DNA of 63,610 nucleotides, filler included, from Folioceros fuciformis (taxonomy: Eukaryota): NCBI GenBank assembly GCA_049999805.1. It is 6 parts of 6 records of this genome, joined end to end, with 100 filler letters (N's around TTAATTAATTAA, not from the genome) between each part and the next. Parts side by side here need not be neighbours in the genome. Positions count along the whole stretch, not along the records: positions 21,469 to 39,384 come from JBNGIO010005080.1; positions 39,485 to 57,217 come from JBNGIO010005084.1; 4 more parts are not named here. One strand, given 5' to 3'. Position numbers and translations under genes: made by a program. Positions 38,027 through 50,310 of this stretch are shown here, piece after piece (the first letter of the stretch is position 1; each line of letters begins with the position of its first letter). The notes below the pieces were generated by a model, which saw only the letters and a list, made by a program, of their open reading frames with translations, did no database searches and was not told the origin of the DNA.

Positions 38027-38770
38027 AGGGGAGGTGAGCAAGATCGCGGCTCTTGATCCTCCTGTAGCAGGGGAGGTGAGCAAGATCGCGGCTCTTGATC
38101 CTCCTGTAGNNNNNNNNNNTGTAGCAGGGGAGGTGAGCAAGATCGCGGCTCTTGATCCTCCTGTAGTAGCACCACAAACTAGCACGAATCGGAGCCGAGG
38201 TTAGGGACTTTGGACAACAGACTAGATAGTTGGGTAGGCGGGATGAGAGCCAGGGCAGGATCTGGTGGGCGTGCTGGTTGGCAGATCCTACAACGGGGAT
38301 GAGAGCCAGGGCAGGATCTGGTNNNNNNNNNNGGTTGGCAGATCCTACAACGGGGATGAGAGCCAGGGCAGGATCTGGTGGGCATGCCGGTTGGTAGATC
38401 CTACAACAGGGATGAGAGCCAGGGCAGGATCTGGTGGGCGTGCCGGTTGGTAGATCCTACAACGGGGGTCCAAGCTCAGTAGCCGGACCCCAAACTACTT
38501 GCAACATGATGGGTTTGGCTAGCAGGATGGATAGTACCTAAATCGTTAATTAATATTAACCAATCACCAAACCTGGATTCAAACCCTATGGTCCAATACC
38601 AAACCTAAATCGTTAATTAATATTAACCAATCACCAAACCTGGATTCAAACCCTATGGTCCAGTACCAAACCTAAATCGTTAATTAATATTAACCAATCA
38701 CCAAACCTAGATTCAAACCCTATGCTATGGTCCAATATCAAACCTAAACTTCCAATATCAAACCTAAACT
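38027..38770. repeat. Three adjacent minisatellites: 42 bp (38027-38167), 56 bp (38240-38465) and 67 bp (38537-38770)
   Basis: gaggtgagcaagatcgcggctcttgatcctcctgtag; gatgagagccagggcaggatctggtgg; cctaaatcgttaattaatattaaccaatcacc. The first two contain 10-N gaps, so copy number is unresolved. Confidence 0.92.
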
Positions 38771-39484
38771 ATTTCGCGTTTGGGACCAAACCTATAACCA
38801 AACCAAACTAATTATTCCCTGGTCAATTAACCTAATTAGCACAAGAAAAGATAAAAAAATGGTCAAAAAATAAAATAAAATTAGGGAAAATAAATACAAA
38901 AAGAAAACCAAACTATATCACTATTAATTCATTTTTTACCAAAAGAAACCACTACTTCAAATGGAGATTCACAACTCAAAAGGTTGGATGGAGGCTCAAA
39001 AGTTCAAACAAACAGTCCCGAAAGCCTTCGAGATGGGCAAGAACTTGGAGGGAGGCTTGAAAGCCTTGGAGACGGGCAAGAACTTGGAATGAGCTTGAAA
39101 CCCTTGGAGATAGGCAAGCCCTTAGGGGCCTAAGAAGATAGCCAAGCCCTTAAAGGGGCCTGATAGGACTGAAGACAGGCAAGCTTCTCTAGAGGAGGTA
39201 GACCTAAAGACAAGCAAGCACCTCTAAAGGAGGTAGACATGAGAAGGCTCCGAACGCAGCAAACATAAAACAAACGGGCAGGCACGAAAGCCTTGGAGTC
39301 AAGGAAGCACTTGTAGGTAGACATGAAAACCTAGAAGATATCTTTAGATGGAAGGAAGCCAAGCGAATTATGGCAAACGGGAGTNNNNNNNNNNNNNNNN
39401 NNNNNNNNNNNNNNNNNNNNNNNNNNNNTTAATTAATTAANNNNNNNNNNNNNNNNNNNNNNNNNNNNNNNNNNNNNNNNNNNN

Positions 39485-42164
39485 GGCTATGTCCGCAAGC
39501 GAACGCGAGATGGCGCAGGGGATGGTCTGCGGGAAGCAGCGGATATCGTGTTGGTGCTGGCGGCCATGTCTCAGATGCGAGGGGGCCGGCCGCCGGGCAC
39601 CTTAGAGCGCGATCTTGCTGGCCAAGCTTTCCAACGATTGGCGCGATGCATTTCAAGCTTCTCTCCTGAGGTTTTGTTGTCCAAGGAATTGGTGGAGACT
39701 TTGATTGAGGAGCTTGGCTTGAGAAAGACTCCCAGGCGGGATGATCCCAGTGGCGCAGGAAAGAACGATGACCATGTCGGGGGTGTGGCGGAAGAAATGC
39801 AAAAGGTCAGGGTTTTTTTGTTGGCCCAATTGCTAAACCCAAACTCTGGTTCATGTTGTGCTGTGCTGAGCAACAGCCGGGATCAATGCAGGCAATCAAT
39901 AAGCAAGACGGCGCCTGCGCCTTCTCGACCGAGGAGAGGGATATGGATGTGGCCTATCCCCCTACGGACTTTTCTGAGCTGGTTAATTCCGCCGGACTGT
40001 CGGGTATCTGGTTTTGTATCCCCCTACTTTCTTTGCAAACAACGTTATGCTACACCTTTCCCTTCTTGTCACTAGTTTTAACCTAATCCGGGCCGTTGGC
40101 AGCGGCGTCGTCCCGGATTGTTCTGCGCTTGCTGCAGACTCTGCGTTATGGATTTTGCACATGTTTGTCTCCGATAAGGTTTTCGATAAGTTCAATTTTT
40201 TCTTTGGGATCTCTGGCGGATGTGCAGGGATAGGAGACGAGGGCGATGACTCTGATGATGTTTCGGATTCGGAGATGTCCTCTATGGTTGCTATGCAGAC
40301 AACTCCTCCCGGTCTAGCACCTGCAATGTATGCGCAGACCTTCAACAATGCCATCGCTCAGCACGAGAGCAGAGAGATGGGTGGGTTGCACGGGATGATG
40401 TCGATCCCTTCCACCAAGGACATAAGGGTCCCAGCCAGTCATCCGAAACCGTTTGCTGCGGTCATACCACCGAATGCCCCTCGGCCTATTGGTCGGCCAA
40501 GGAAGGATGGGCTTACAGGTTACAGTCTCTTCAGACCTATGCCCTTACCGGCTGATCAGGATGCATGTAGTAAACTGCTTGGACTGGCTGTCCAGCAGTA
40601 TATTACCATGAAGAACAATGCTTTGCGGGCGACCCCGGTTTTGCTATCCAATGCTTACATGAGCCCTCCTGTGCCCTGCGAATCTTGCAAGCTTACAGTG
40701 AAGGATGCTGTGAGTGCCCTCATTTGCGACTCTTGTGAGCAGGCTTATCACCTGAAATGTGTGAGCACATTTACTCTTGGCAAGATTCCAGAAGGCGACT
40801 GGGATTGTCCCAAGTGTTTGAGACTGAACAGGGGCCGCCTCCCGACTCCGAAGTACGGTCCTCTCAGGAAGATACCTGGAAGGAATCCCCCCGCAAGCTT
40901 TGCTTCGCAGTCCACTGGTGAGTTGGGAAAGGCGCCAGAAGGATCCGTGGCTTCCTCGGGACAGGGTGAAACCAAGGACTTGCACCAGAAACGCTTTGAG
41001 CCGAAGACTGTTGAGGCCAAAGACCCTGCTTCCGAAAGGGCGGACGCAGAGCAGGCAGATCTCAAACAGACAGGTACTCCACAAAAGGATGTGAAGCAAC
41101 AATCTCTGGGGGCAACCCCCAATTTGAAAATTCGGTTCAAGACCAGAAAGGTAAGTGATGGTGGGAAAGAGGAAATGTCAGACAGTTCGACGCGGAATAA
41201 TTCTGAAAAGGTTTCAAGAGAGGAAGTTGTCACTGATGCTAAAATGTCTGCGGAGTCCGCTGCTAGTGCACAGTTGGATACTCCTGTCCAGTCTGATTCT
41301 CGCGGAGGGCCTGATGACGTTGTGAAGATGGATTGGGTTGGGGACAGTCTGCATGAGGCCGATGGCAAACTATATTATGGAGCCTGCAGGGTGGGAGATC
41401 ACCTGTTCAAGGTGAACGACTATGCACTATTTCGACCGGAGTCGGTTGAGGTGCCTCCATACATCGCCCGTCTCCAGGTACAGAAATGAGGAGTGTGTTT
41501 TGTAGGCATGTGTTGCCTACTCGCAATCGGGGTGCGCAGTGACAAGGTCCGGTCCGTCACGTACGTAGTTAACAAGGTGCAAGTGTTGTGTCTGCAGACA
41601 ATGTGGGAAGACACGGCGCTTTCTTCGAAGTGGGTAAAAGTTAACTGGTGCTACTATCCGGGGGACATTCCTGTTGTTGTGGGCCGTCCGTCGGAACCAG
41701 AACCTGATGAGGTAGTTCTGCAGGCCTCGTTGCTCGTTGTGGCATGAGCTTTTTGCCTTTTCATTCCCGCTGTTGAAAGTGACACAAAGCACCTGTTTGT
41801 GAGTGTTCAAATCGGACTTGTGTAACTGGGCGATGATGGTCTCTGCAGGTGTACGAATCCAATCACTGTGACAATAATTTGCTGGGGTCCATTCAAGGGC
41901 CTTGCGAGGTTCTCACAGCACACAAATTCCGTGACGAACGAGAGAGACGAGCAGAATTACAGAGGAAAGACCCTGCCCAAATGATAGGGTTGTCTCCTAT
42001 CTTCGTGTGCAGGTATCCGTCTATCCCAGCACCCCGGTCGTTTTTTCCTCCCTTCACGTTGAGGTTGAAAGACGATGTTCCTGGGGGTTTTGGGGTTCAG
42101 ATGGCTTTACGATGCGCCGAGGGGCACCTTCGGCCTCGCGCCAGAGGACGTGACGCTGAAATAG
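39485..42164 (+). CDS. PHD-finger plus C-terminal BAH-like protein, OPF/PMS2-like (plant SWI/SNF accessory subunit); 5' end in gap
   Basis: ADIVLVLAAMSQMRGGRPP...LIEELGL N-domain; PHD CESC...LICDSCEQAYHLKC...WDCPKC; BAH-like FKVNDYALF...PYIARLQ-TMWED...EVYESNH; multi-exon, stop TAG at 42162-42164. Confidence 0.85.
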
Positions 42165-43683
42165 CGGCAGGTGAGCAGTCCTCCATTCCGGAAGTTGCTC
42201 TTTCTGAGCGACAATTCAACCAAATAAAACTAATTTGCATCGCTAGCCAGCGTTCGTTCTCGCTTGAACAGAAATTGACAACGAAATACAAATTCGGCGA
42301 AGCCCTGAGTGCTGCTGGTGTCGGCTGTCTTAAAATTGTCACCGTCGTCTTGCTACTTCGGCATGTGCTCCTGGAAACGGAAGCCGGCTCTATCACGGTG
42401 GACGCGCATATTGTGGTGGGATCGATGCCGCTTTGGAGCTGCTGTCAACAGGCTTCCCGGGCCCAAGCTGTGCGGAGCACGAATCATCAATTCAAATCTG
42501 CGCCACAGCTGGCCGAGGAGCCCGCGAAACGCATCTCCAGGCTGTATCGTACAGAGTTCCCCTGGCGGAATCATATCCGCGTACCATCATCAGAGTGGAG
42601 CGTGTGGGAAGCAGCCAGAGTCTCTTTTCTCGAATTGAAGTAAGGACACCATCACAGGATCCCTGTCGGCGCCGTTTTCCGCGTCCGCTGTGTAGTGTCT
42701 ACAACATCCCACCACCGCTGCCGTCGCAGGTAGCCGGGAACTTCTCCCCTGATAATGCGTTACAGCAGGCTGGAGATGTGCATCCCTCTGAGTGGAACGC
42801 TTCTTCCCACCCTTGAAGGTGTGATTTTATGTCTTAGCCGATACGTCTTCTTCTGCTGTGAAGATGAATGTTAATGAAGGCCAGTAGGCAGCAATTGGCT
42901 GTTCCCTCTGATAAGTTTCCCTTGGCAGAACTTGTGTGTCGTAAGTCTTTGATTGGAAGTCCTGCAACGGCAAAGAGCAGGGGCAGGACAGGTCCTGTTG
43001 GAAACCCATGAACGAACCCACACACACAGATCAGTGAGTCAAGTCATGCTGACGTCTGTCTGGAAAGCGTTTCTTGTAGACGATGTCCCTTTCCTCCCGC
43101 TCGCTCGCTCTCGCCCTCGTGCCGTGTCCTGTCTCCCGTCAGCCTGTCCTGTTCAGGGGGTTTGATAATATTGTAGTGAGTACACTACGTTTGAAACGGT
43201 CCATCCTGAGGCGTTCCGTTTCAGGTGTGCCATCCCGTTTCCCAGCTGCAGCCTGCCGCTTCGAAATCTGGACGTACAGGACAGCGGAGAGCCAATGGCG
43301 TTCCCGCCGTCATTTGGAGTGGAGTCGAGTCGGAGCGGGCACGACAGCCACTGGTCTTCTGGAAGTGTGACGCAAGCGGCCTGCGCTGTGTCCGAAGCTT
43401 CAAAATCCGGCAGTACCACTGTACAGGGCCTGCGCTAGCGGGAAACCGTGGGTGACAGGGGCACGCTCTCCCAACTTCGTGCCTGTCCCTCCCGGCCCCC
43501 GGCCCCTGGCCGGCACCTCTTGCCCTCCTTGCATCGCATTTTGGAGCAGGAGCTGAAGCGGGATCAATGCAGTGTGTCAGCGCGCGGCGTGCGGCGGCCT
43601 TTCGCGGCCTCGGCATCGCTTGCTGATAGGGGCTGCAGGGGAGGAAGGCGGAAGGGAAGGAGCCGGGGCCTGCTGCCAGCGCC

Positions 43684-45375
43684 ATGAAGGGCTTCATGCG
43701 CACTTTCTTAGGCAATACGGCCAACGGAGGGGGCTTGCTGGACGGGGAAGGAGTGGAAGGAGGACCTGGAGGTGGAGCCGGAGGAGGAGGCTACAACAGG
43801 CGGCTATCGGACGAGAGCTTCAAGACGTGCCTGAATCCGGACGACGGATCCGAGTATGCGGATAATGCTGCGCCGGCGGGGTCGGGAGCGGGAGCGGGGG
43901 CGGAGGCCGCGGAGCTGGGGGAGGAGTCGGAAGTGTCCACGGCCGGGATGGAGCCCAATGGGAGACTGCTGCTGGAGGAGAGCGAGGAGGTGGAGCTGAC
44001 GGACAAGATGGCCGCAGCGCTGGCGGCTGTGTCGCAGCTGGAGCAGGCGTACATGACGCTGCAGGAGACAGTGTACGTGGAGAAGCACTGCTCGCAGTGC
44101 CCGCCCGAGTGCGCCGTGCTGCGGTGCCAGAGCTGCAGCTGCAGAGTTCAGCTGCGGGAGCTCGGAAACGCCAGGGACGTGTTCAACGATGTCTGCCACG
44201 CCAAGGGTCTGGTGCTGGAGATGCAAGAGGGGCGGGGGGTGGACGCCATCGCGGCTCTCCGGGCGGAGAGCGGTAAGCGGATTAGGAAGTTGGAGCGGCA
44301 GCTTAGCATGCGGGAGAAGGAGTGTTCGTGGAAGGAGAAGGAGCTGGAGAAGGAGAGGGAGAAGGCCAGTGCCGGGATGCTCAAATTGAAGCAGGATGTG
44401 GAGCAGCTGCAGGAACATCTGGCGCAGGTGCAGGACGAGAGGATGGTGCAGGTGGCCAAGCTCAACAGGACCATCAGTCAGACGAGGGAGGAGAATGAGC
44501 GGCTCACGTTGCAGGTGAGGGAGTTCGAGCTGAAGAACGGGGAGGTGAACGGGAAGGAGACGGCCTCCGTGCCCACGGTTTCTCCTGCGCCTGTGCCGGT
44601 GCCGGTACCGGTGCCCGTTGTTGTGGACTCCGCGTACGAGGGAAACCTGAAGCTGTTTGAGGCTGCGGTTGTCGGTGTGAAGCAGGCGCTTAGCCTCTTC
44701 ACCAAGCAGTATATGCACACGCTCAAAAGGGCCGGGCTGAGTGTGGATATTGTGGCGAACGGGCTGCAACCGGGCATTCTCCAGCCCGGGATGACCTTCT
44801 CTAAGCCTGCGCACGTCAAGTTCGTGTTCGAGGCTCACATCAGCACTACCTTTTTCGACGGATTTGAAGAGGAAGATTACGGTCTGGGAGGAACCCACCT
44901 GCTGGACCCTGAAAGGAGCTTTGCGGAGTACGAGAGATTCAAGTGCATGAGCCCGTCGGAGTTCATGGAAGGGACGTACGAGGAAGGTCAGTTCGGAAGT
45001 TTTTGCCGTGCAAAGTTCATGGACCTCATGTCTGACGAATTAGACGAGGCTTTCTTTGGCCCGGATGATCAGCACCTGCCGCTAGTGCTTCACGGGTGCC
45101 ATCCGGAGAGCCGTTTCTACGAGAACTTCGTCATCCTGGCCAGCTCTGTGTGGATGCTTCACAAGCTAGCCTTCTCTTTCCAGACGCCAGCAAGGATGTT
45201 CGCGGTGAAGTCAGGGCACCTGGTGGACCTGTCTTTCATGGAGAGCGTGACTTCAGAGGACGACAGGGATCTCAGTGTAGGCCCCAGAGTTGGATTCATG
45301 ATCATCCCTGGTTTTCGGGTGGACAGAACAATTTTCAAGAGCCACGTCTATTTGCAGTGGCCCAAAGGAAGATGA
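43684..45375 (+). CDS. GIL1/IRK-interacting-like (DUF641 family) coiled-coil protein, intronless
   Basis: AAVSQLEQAYMTLQ; HVKFVFEAHISTTFFDGFE; FYENFVILASSVWMLHKLAFSF...FMESV...VGFMIIPGFRVDRTIFKSHVYL; 563-aa intact ORF. Confidence 0.9.
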   Translation: MKGFMRTFLGNTANGGGLLDGEGVEGGPGGGAGGGGYNRRLSDESFKTCLNPDDGSEYADNAAPAGSGAGAGAEAAELGEESEVSTAGMEPNGRLLLEESEEVELTDKMAAALAAVSQLEQAYMTLQETVYVEKHCSQCPPECAVLRCQSCSCRVQLRELGNARDVFNDVCHAKGLVLEMQEGRGVDAIAALRAESGKRIRKLERQLSMREKECSWKEKELEKEREKASAGMLKLKQDVEQLQEHLAQVQDERMVQVAKLNRTISQTREENERLTLQVREFELKNGEVNGKETASVPTVSPAPVPVPVPVPVVVDSAYEGNLKLFEAAVVGVKQALSLFTKQYMHTLKRAGLSVDIVANGLQPGILQPGMTFSKPAHVKFVFEAHISTTFFDGFEEEDYGLGGTHLLDPERSFAEYERFKCMSPSEFMEGTYEEGQFGSFCRAKFMDLMSDELDEAFFGPDDQHLPLVLHGCHPESRFYENFVILASSVWMLHKLAFSFQTPARMFAVKSGHLVDLSFMESVTSEDDRDLSVGPRVGFMIIPGFRVDRTIFKSHVYLQWPKGR

Positions 45376-45596
45376 TCATCTTCCTGCCCACACCTTTAGG
45401 TAGGATTCCCATGTGCTGTTACTTTTCCAATCCTATCATCGGCTACCTATTGCTTTGCAACCAGTTTTGAGCAAGTGTTGGACGTGGTTGCAATGAGTGT
45501 ACCAGTGGGTGTACAGTCGAGTCCCCTACTGGGCGCATTCAGGGTTGTTGTTTTCTCCACTCATGACAGCCCGGAAACGAGTGGGCAACGAGGGTA

Positions 45597-45981
45597 CCTC
45601 GGTTGCCTTTGTCCATCGCCATGCGTAGAATGGAGGAGGCTGTAGATGTGGTTTGCCTCACAGTTTTCCTACAAGCCCTAGTCGATTGGACTTCGAGAAA
45701 CTGAGCGGGAAGGCAGAGCCTCGTTGCCATGGCTTGCAAAAGCTCACCTGCACTTGGGACTCGTCCTGACATTTTACACATGCCTTCCATGGACCGAAGG
45801 GGCAGGATTGTTGGGTGTAGTCCCAGCTTCTGCCTTGTCGCCTGCGTCTCAATCTCCGAAGCGATAAATGCTTCACTCGTATGAATCCTACGTGGCATGT
45901 TATGCCCCGTCCATCCAAAGAACACCATACGCCTAAGGCTAGCCAGCACACATACGGTTTTGCCGCGACGCATTGTGCCAT
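45597..45981 (-). pseudogene. Possible two-exon 5' gene fragment with transit-peptide-like start; partial inverted copy at 50459-50595
   Basis: ATG 45981 MAQCVAAKPYVCWLALG...LRRLRRRRQ...VKCQDESQVQ ends at CAG|GTGAGC (45748); candidate second exon tag|GAAAAC...CCGAG|gtacc; little room for more exons before the GIL1-like stop. Confidence 0.35.
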
Positions 45982-46829
45982 GCGCGTAACCGCCGCAGCG
46001 CAGGCAATAGGACCGGGTACACGATCCCTCCCTCCCCCGCTCGCCGTGACCCGTTTCCTCCTCATCCTGTCCGCTTCCACTTCGACAGCCCCTGCGCACG
46101 TTCCTCCTGAGCCCGCCCGCGTCCGCTCGTCCCTCCACAAATTCCTCCAGCACAGGCCCGCGTGCACTCCCCCTTCAAGGGTCTGTCCAGCTTCACTGAA
46201 GGGGGGCAGGTGGGAGCTGGGGGGAGGCCGGGGTGAGAGGAGGGGGAAGGGGAGGATATCAGGGTGAGTTCGGGATCAAGCGGGAAGGGTCGGCAGTGCC
46301 GGCTTCGGTCAGGTGAAGGAATTGGCGGAGAAAGGGGTTCAGGCTTGAGAGGGAGGCCGAGATCGGGCCGGGAAGAGGAAGGACGGGAAGGGGGTCGGGC
46401 TGGAGAGGAAGGATTTTAAGATCGCCTATGTTCCATGAATAGACTGCAAATTTGTTTCAGGAGAAGCATGAATAGACTGCAAATTTGTTTCAGGAGAAGT
46501 ATGATGGTGCTGCCAGGTAAGATTGTCGATCGAGAATTACCCAAGCAGTCCATGGAATGCACCACGCTTGCTTTCGCAATCAGAACTTGGCTCGGTTGAC
46601 AGCAGGGAGTAGTGGGTTTACGTTTCAATTCAGTGAGTTCGATCTTTTGAACGAGGCTGGCGGGAATCACTACGACTCCGCGCACCATTGCCTATCGGAG
46701 ATGATGTATGTACATGGTAGGAAATGTGGGTTAGGCTCGGCATCTGCAGAGGAGTTTGAAACCTGATTTGAACTTGTAGAATTCTAACTTCAATGGAAGT
46801 GAAAACGTGAACAAATGCATCTCAGTAAT

Positions 46830-49800
46830 TGTTAAAAACAGTGAGTCCCAAGATCAATCTCTGGCTCAGTACATTTAGATTGATAGCCTAGATATATATA
46901 TGTAGCCTTTAAGCATGATAATATCTTGTTGTGGATAAATAATATCTCGACCATGGTATCATATACTTACAGCATTCTAGTCTAGATGTGTTCTTACAAA
47001 ACCTTATGGGTTTCTAACACTCCCACTCAACACATCGACGATTTAACCTATAAATCTTATTCAATTAACCATAACATCTTGCTAAACTTCATATGCTTCT
47101 CTAAGGCTAGACCTTTGGTAAGAACATCAGCTAGCATGTTCTCTATAGGACAGTAAGCTAATTCTATTTCTTTCCACCTTTATTCCTAAGAATGAGATTC
47201 CTCCTAGATCAGTTTAAAAATTCCACATTGTTGCTAGCAATGATCAAGTCATCCACGTACACAACAATGATAACAATGGATTTTCCTACTTGCTTCACAT
47301 ATATATTCCAATAAGCGCTGGTTCTCTTGAAATCTTTAGACTATAAGTGATTATCGAGCTTACGATACCAAGCAAGGGCATCATGGATTTTCCTACTTGC
47401 TTCACATATATATATTCCAATCAACACTAGTTCTCTTGAAATCTTTAGACTAAAAGTGATTATCGAGCTTACGATACCAAGCAAGGGCAGATTGTTTGAG
47501 ACCATAGAGAGCCTTATGCAGCTTACAAACTTCGTCTTCTTGTCCTCATACCTCAAACCCTTCTGGTTGTTCCATATATATTTCTTCATCTAGATCAGCA
47601 TTCAAAAAAGCGGTTTGGACATCTATATGATGTATCTCCATATTGAAGGCAGCTGCGATAGCGTGAAGGGCTCGGATAGATGCTATCTTAGCAATAGGAG
47701 AGAAAGTGTCGGTATAGTCCATACCAAGGACTTGTGTATAACCTATCCCTACTAACCTCGCCTTGTATTGTTCTATGATACCATCGGCCTTGAAGGTCCA
47801 TTTAGACCCTATGCTTTTCCTTCCAGGAGGTAGAGGAGTGATTGTCCATGTTTTATTTTTGATAGGTGAGTTGTACTCACCGTCCACAGCTTTTCTCCAT
47901 TCCTTTGCTTTCGAACCTTGTCACGCTTCTGTTAGGCTTTGTGGTTCTTCAACATCTGTAAAACATGCTAGCTCCTCCTGTACACATCCATTGATGGAGT
48001 CTAAAAGCTTTAGTGAAGGTTTCCTTTCTCTAGTTGATCTTCTTAAGATTGATTGCGTCTCTGGAATACTTAGTTCTGCATTGTCATCTTCAACTGCAAC
48101 AATTTCTAGAGGTGCATCCGTTTCTTCAACTGCAATGACAGCAGGAGTGTCTTTCTTTACCCCCTCTATGTCAGAAAGTTGAGAAGGTGCAATAGGCAAT
48201 GGGGTAAATTGTCTAAGGCTGTCATGAGCGTTAGAATCCCCGGTGTGGTCTGTGTCAGACGAGAAGAAATCTTGCGAGATGAAGGGTGAGGAACTGGTGT
48301 CTCCCATTCCACTAGCAGGTTCGGCGACCTCATGAAAAATAACATCCCGGCTAAAAAGTATCTTCTTTGTGGTAGGATTGTATAATCGGTAACCTTTAAC
48401 CTCATTGGAATAACCAAACATAAGGTATTTGATGCCATGTGGATCCCACTTGGTCCATTTGGGCTTCGGGACATGAGCATAAATCGTGGATCTAAAGATC
48501 TGTAGATGACTGATGTCAGGTTTTATGCTGCACTATGCTTCCTCGGGAGTTATGTTGGGAACAGCCTTTGTTGGAACTCTGTTTAACACATAGGTTGCTA
48601 TCATAATAGCCTCTCCCCAAAAACAAACTAGCAAGGCATTTTGATGGAGCATGCACTTAGCGCTTTTGACAAGGCTCCGTATCTTGCGCTCTACCACTCC
48701 ATTCTGCTGAGGTGTGTGCAGAATTGTGAGTTGCCAAGAACTGCAATCTTAGGGACAGAAAGAAGATTTCTTGCGAGATTTGACACATGATACACATCTT
48801 AAATCCTTGCAGAGGTTCCACTCTGCAATTGGACTTGTAAAGAACCTTTTCCCTTAATGTCATATGACGTATTATCACCCAATGCCACAGTATGACTCGT
48901 CAGGAGTTGTGCATAGCTGGTAAACCAAGGAAGGTTATAGCTAAAATGTTGAGTTGCGACAAAGTCAAGATAAAGACTCTCATCCTTCTTTGATGAGTTG
49001 GCATGATCCCCATTGATAAAGCACGTAAATGTTTGTTCTTGTTGGTCTTATCACTACCTTGATTAGCTTGAGATGATTTCTCCTTCTTCAAGTCTGCCAT
49101 CCTAGTTTTACATTCCTTTGCATGATGACCTGGCTTCCTGCAATAATAGCAAGATCCTTTCACCTTACTTTTTGTGCTTGTATCCTTCTTCTCGTGCCTG
49201 GCTTCGACCCCTGTGCCTGAGAAGCATTATGGAGTTCCTCCTGCAAGAGGAATGCAACCACCTCGTTGAATGTTGGTTGATAATGCTTTGAGTTCATAGC
49301 TATAGATGACCCGTAGGATACGAGAAAGTGTTGTATGATTGTGGCAGGCTTTGCAACAACGTTGTGATCATCTTGCCTTCTAAGGGTTCAATGTTTGCCT
49401 CTCTCATTTCGTTTACTAAGCTTTCTAGCTTGTTGACATGGTCTTGAATACGGTCACCGTCAACCATCTTGAATGAGGAAAGTCTACATTCAAGCAGCAT
49501 ATGATTTGCCAAGCTCTTGCGTTCATAGGTGTCACACAATGTTTCCCATGCTTCACGCGAAGTCTAATACTCAGTTTAGGGAATATGCTGTCTACTAGGT
49601 ATAAGATTATATTGGCCAAAGCCCTACCGTCGTTGTCCATATCCTTTGGTGTATGATTTGCTGAAAGTCCACCTTGAACATACTTCCACAATCCTTTGTT
49701 AGTAAGAAGAGCCTTAACTTTCATCTTCCATGATGTGAAGTTCTTGCCATCAAACTTCTCTACAAGACGCATAGTATCCATGCTCGCGTTATAAGTGAAT

Positions 49801-50310
49801 AAATAGGATGACTTCTTCGCACCAATAACTATCACTAAGCTTCACGAATAAATAGGATGACTTCTTCGCACCAATAACTATCACTAAGCTTCACGAACTT
49901 GCACAAGCTGCTACAAACACCTAGTCTGCGAAGCCACACAATGCAAGAGAAGCAAGGAAAGATAGTTCTACACAAGGTAGTGTCGAGTACTCTGCGCATG
50001 TTCTGAACTTAGGTACTTGGGCTCTGATACCATGTTAAAAACAGTGAGTCCGAAAGATCAATCTCTAGTTCAATACATTTAGATTGATAGCCTATACATA
50101 CATATATAGCCTTCAAGACAATACCTCGTTGTGGATAAACAATATCTCGACCATGGTATTATCCTATATATCCTGGGATATACTTCCAGCATTCTTGTCT
50201 AGATGTGTTGTTACAAAACCCTATGCATGGTATTATCTTATATATCCTGGGATATACTTCCAGCATTCTTGTCTAGATGTGTTGTTACAAAACCCTATGG
50301 GTTTCTACCA
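46830..50310 (-). mobile_element. Ty1/copia element with both ends intact, internally deleted (3.5 kb); TSD GTAAT
   Basis: LTRs 46830-47019 and 50033-50310; gtaat on both flanks; reverse PBS 50021-50032; reverse PPT ctcccactcaa at 47020; gag VEKFDGKNFTSWKMK, CYYCRKPGHHAKEC, RT YKARLV, HHIDVQTAFLN, RNase H end MLADVLTK. Confidence 0.97.

Noticed and set aside
37570..38185. Poly-Leu/poly-Tyr and LQEDQEPRSCSPPL repeat proteins
   Set aside because: Translations of a microsatellite and a 42-bp minisatellite
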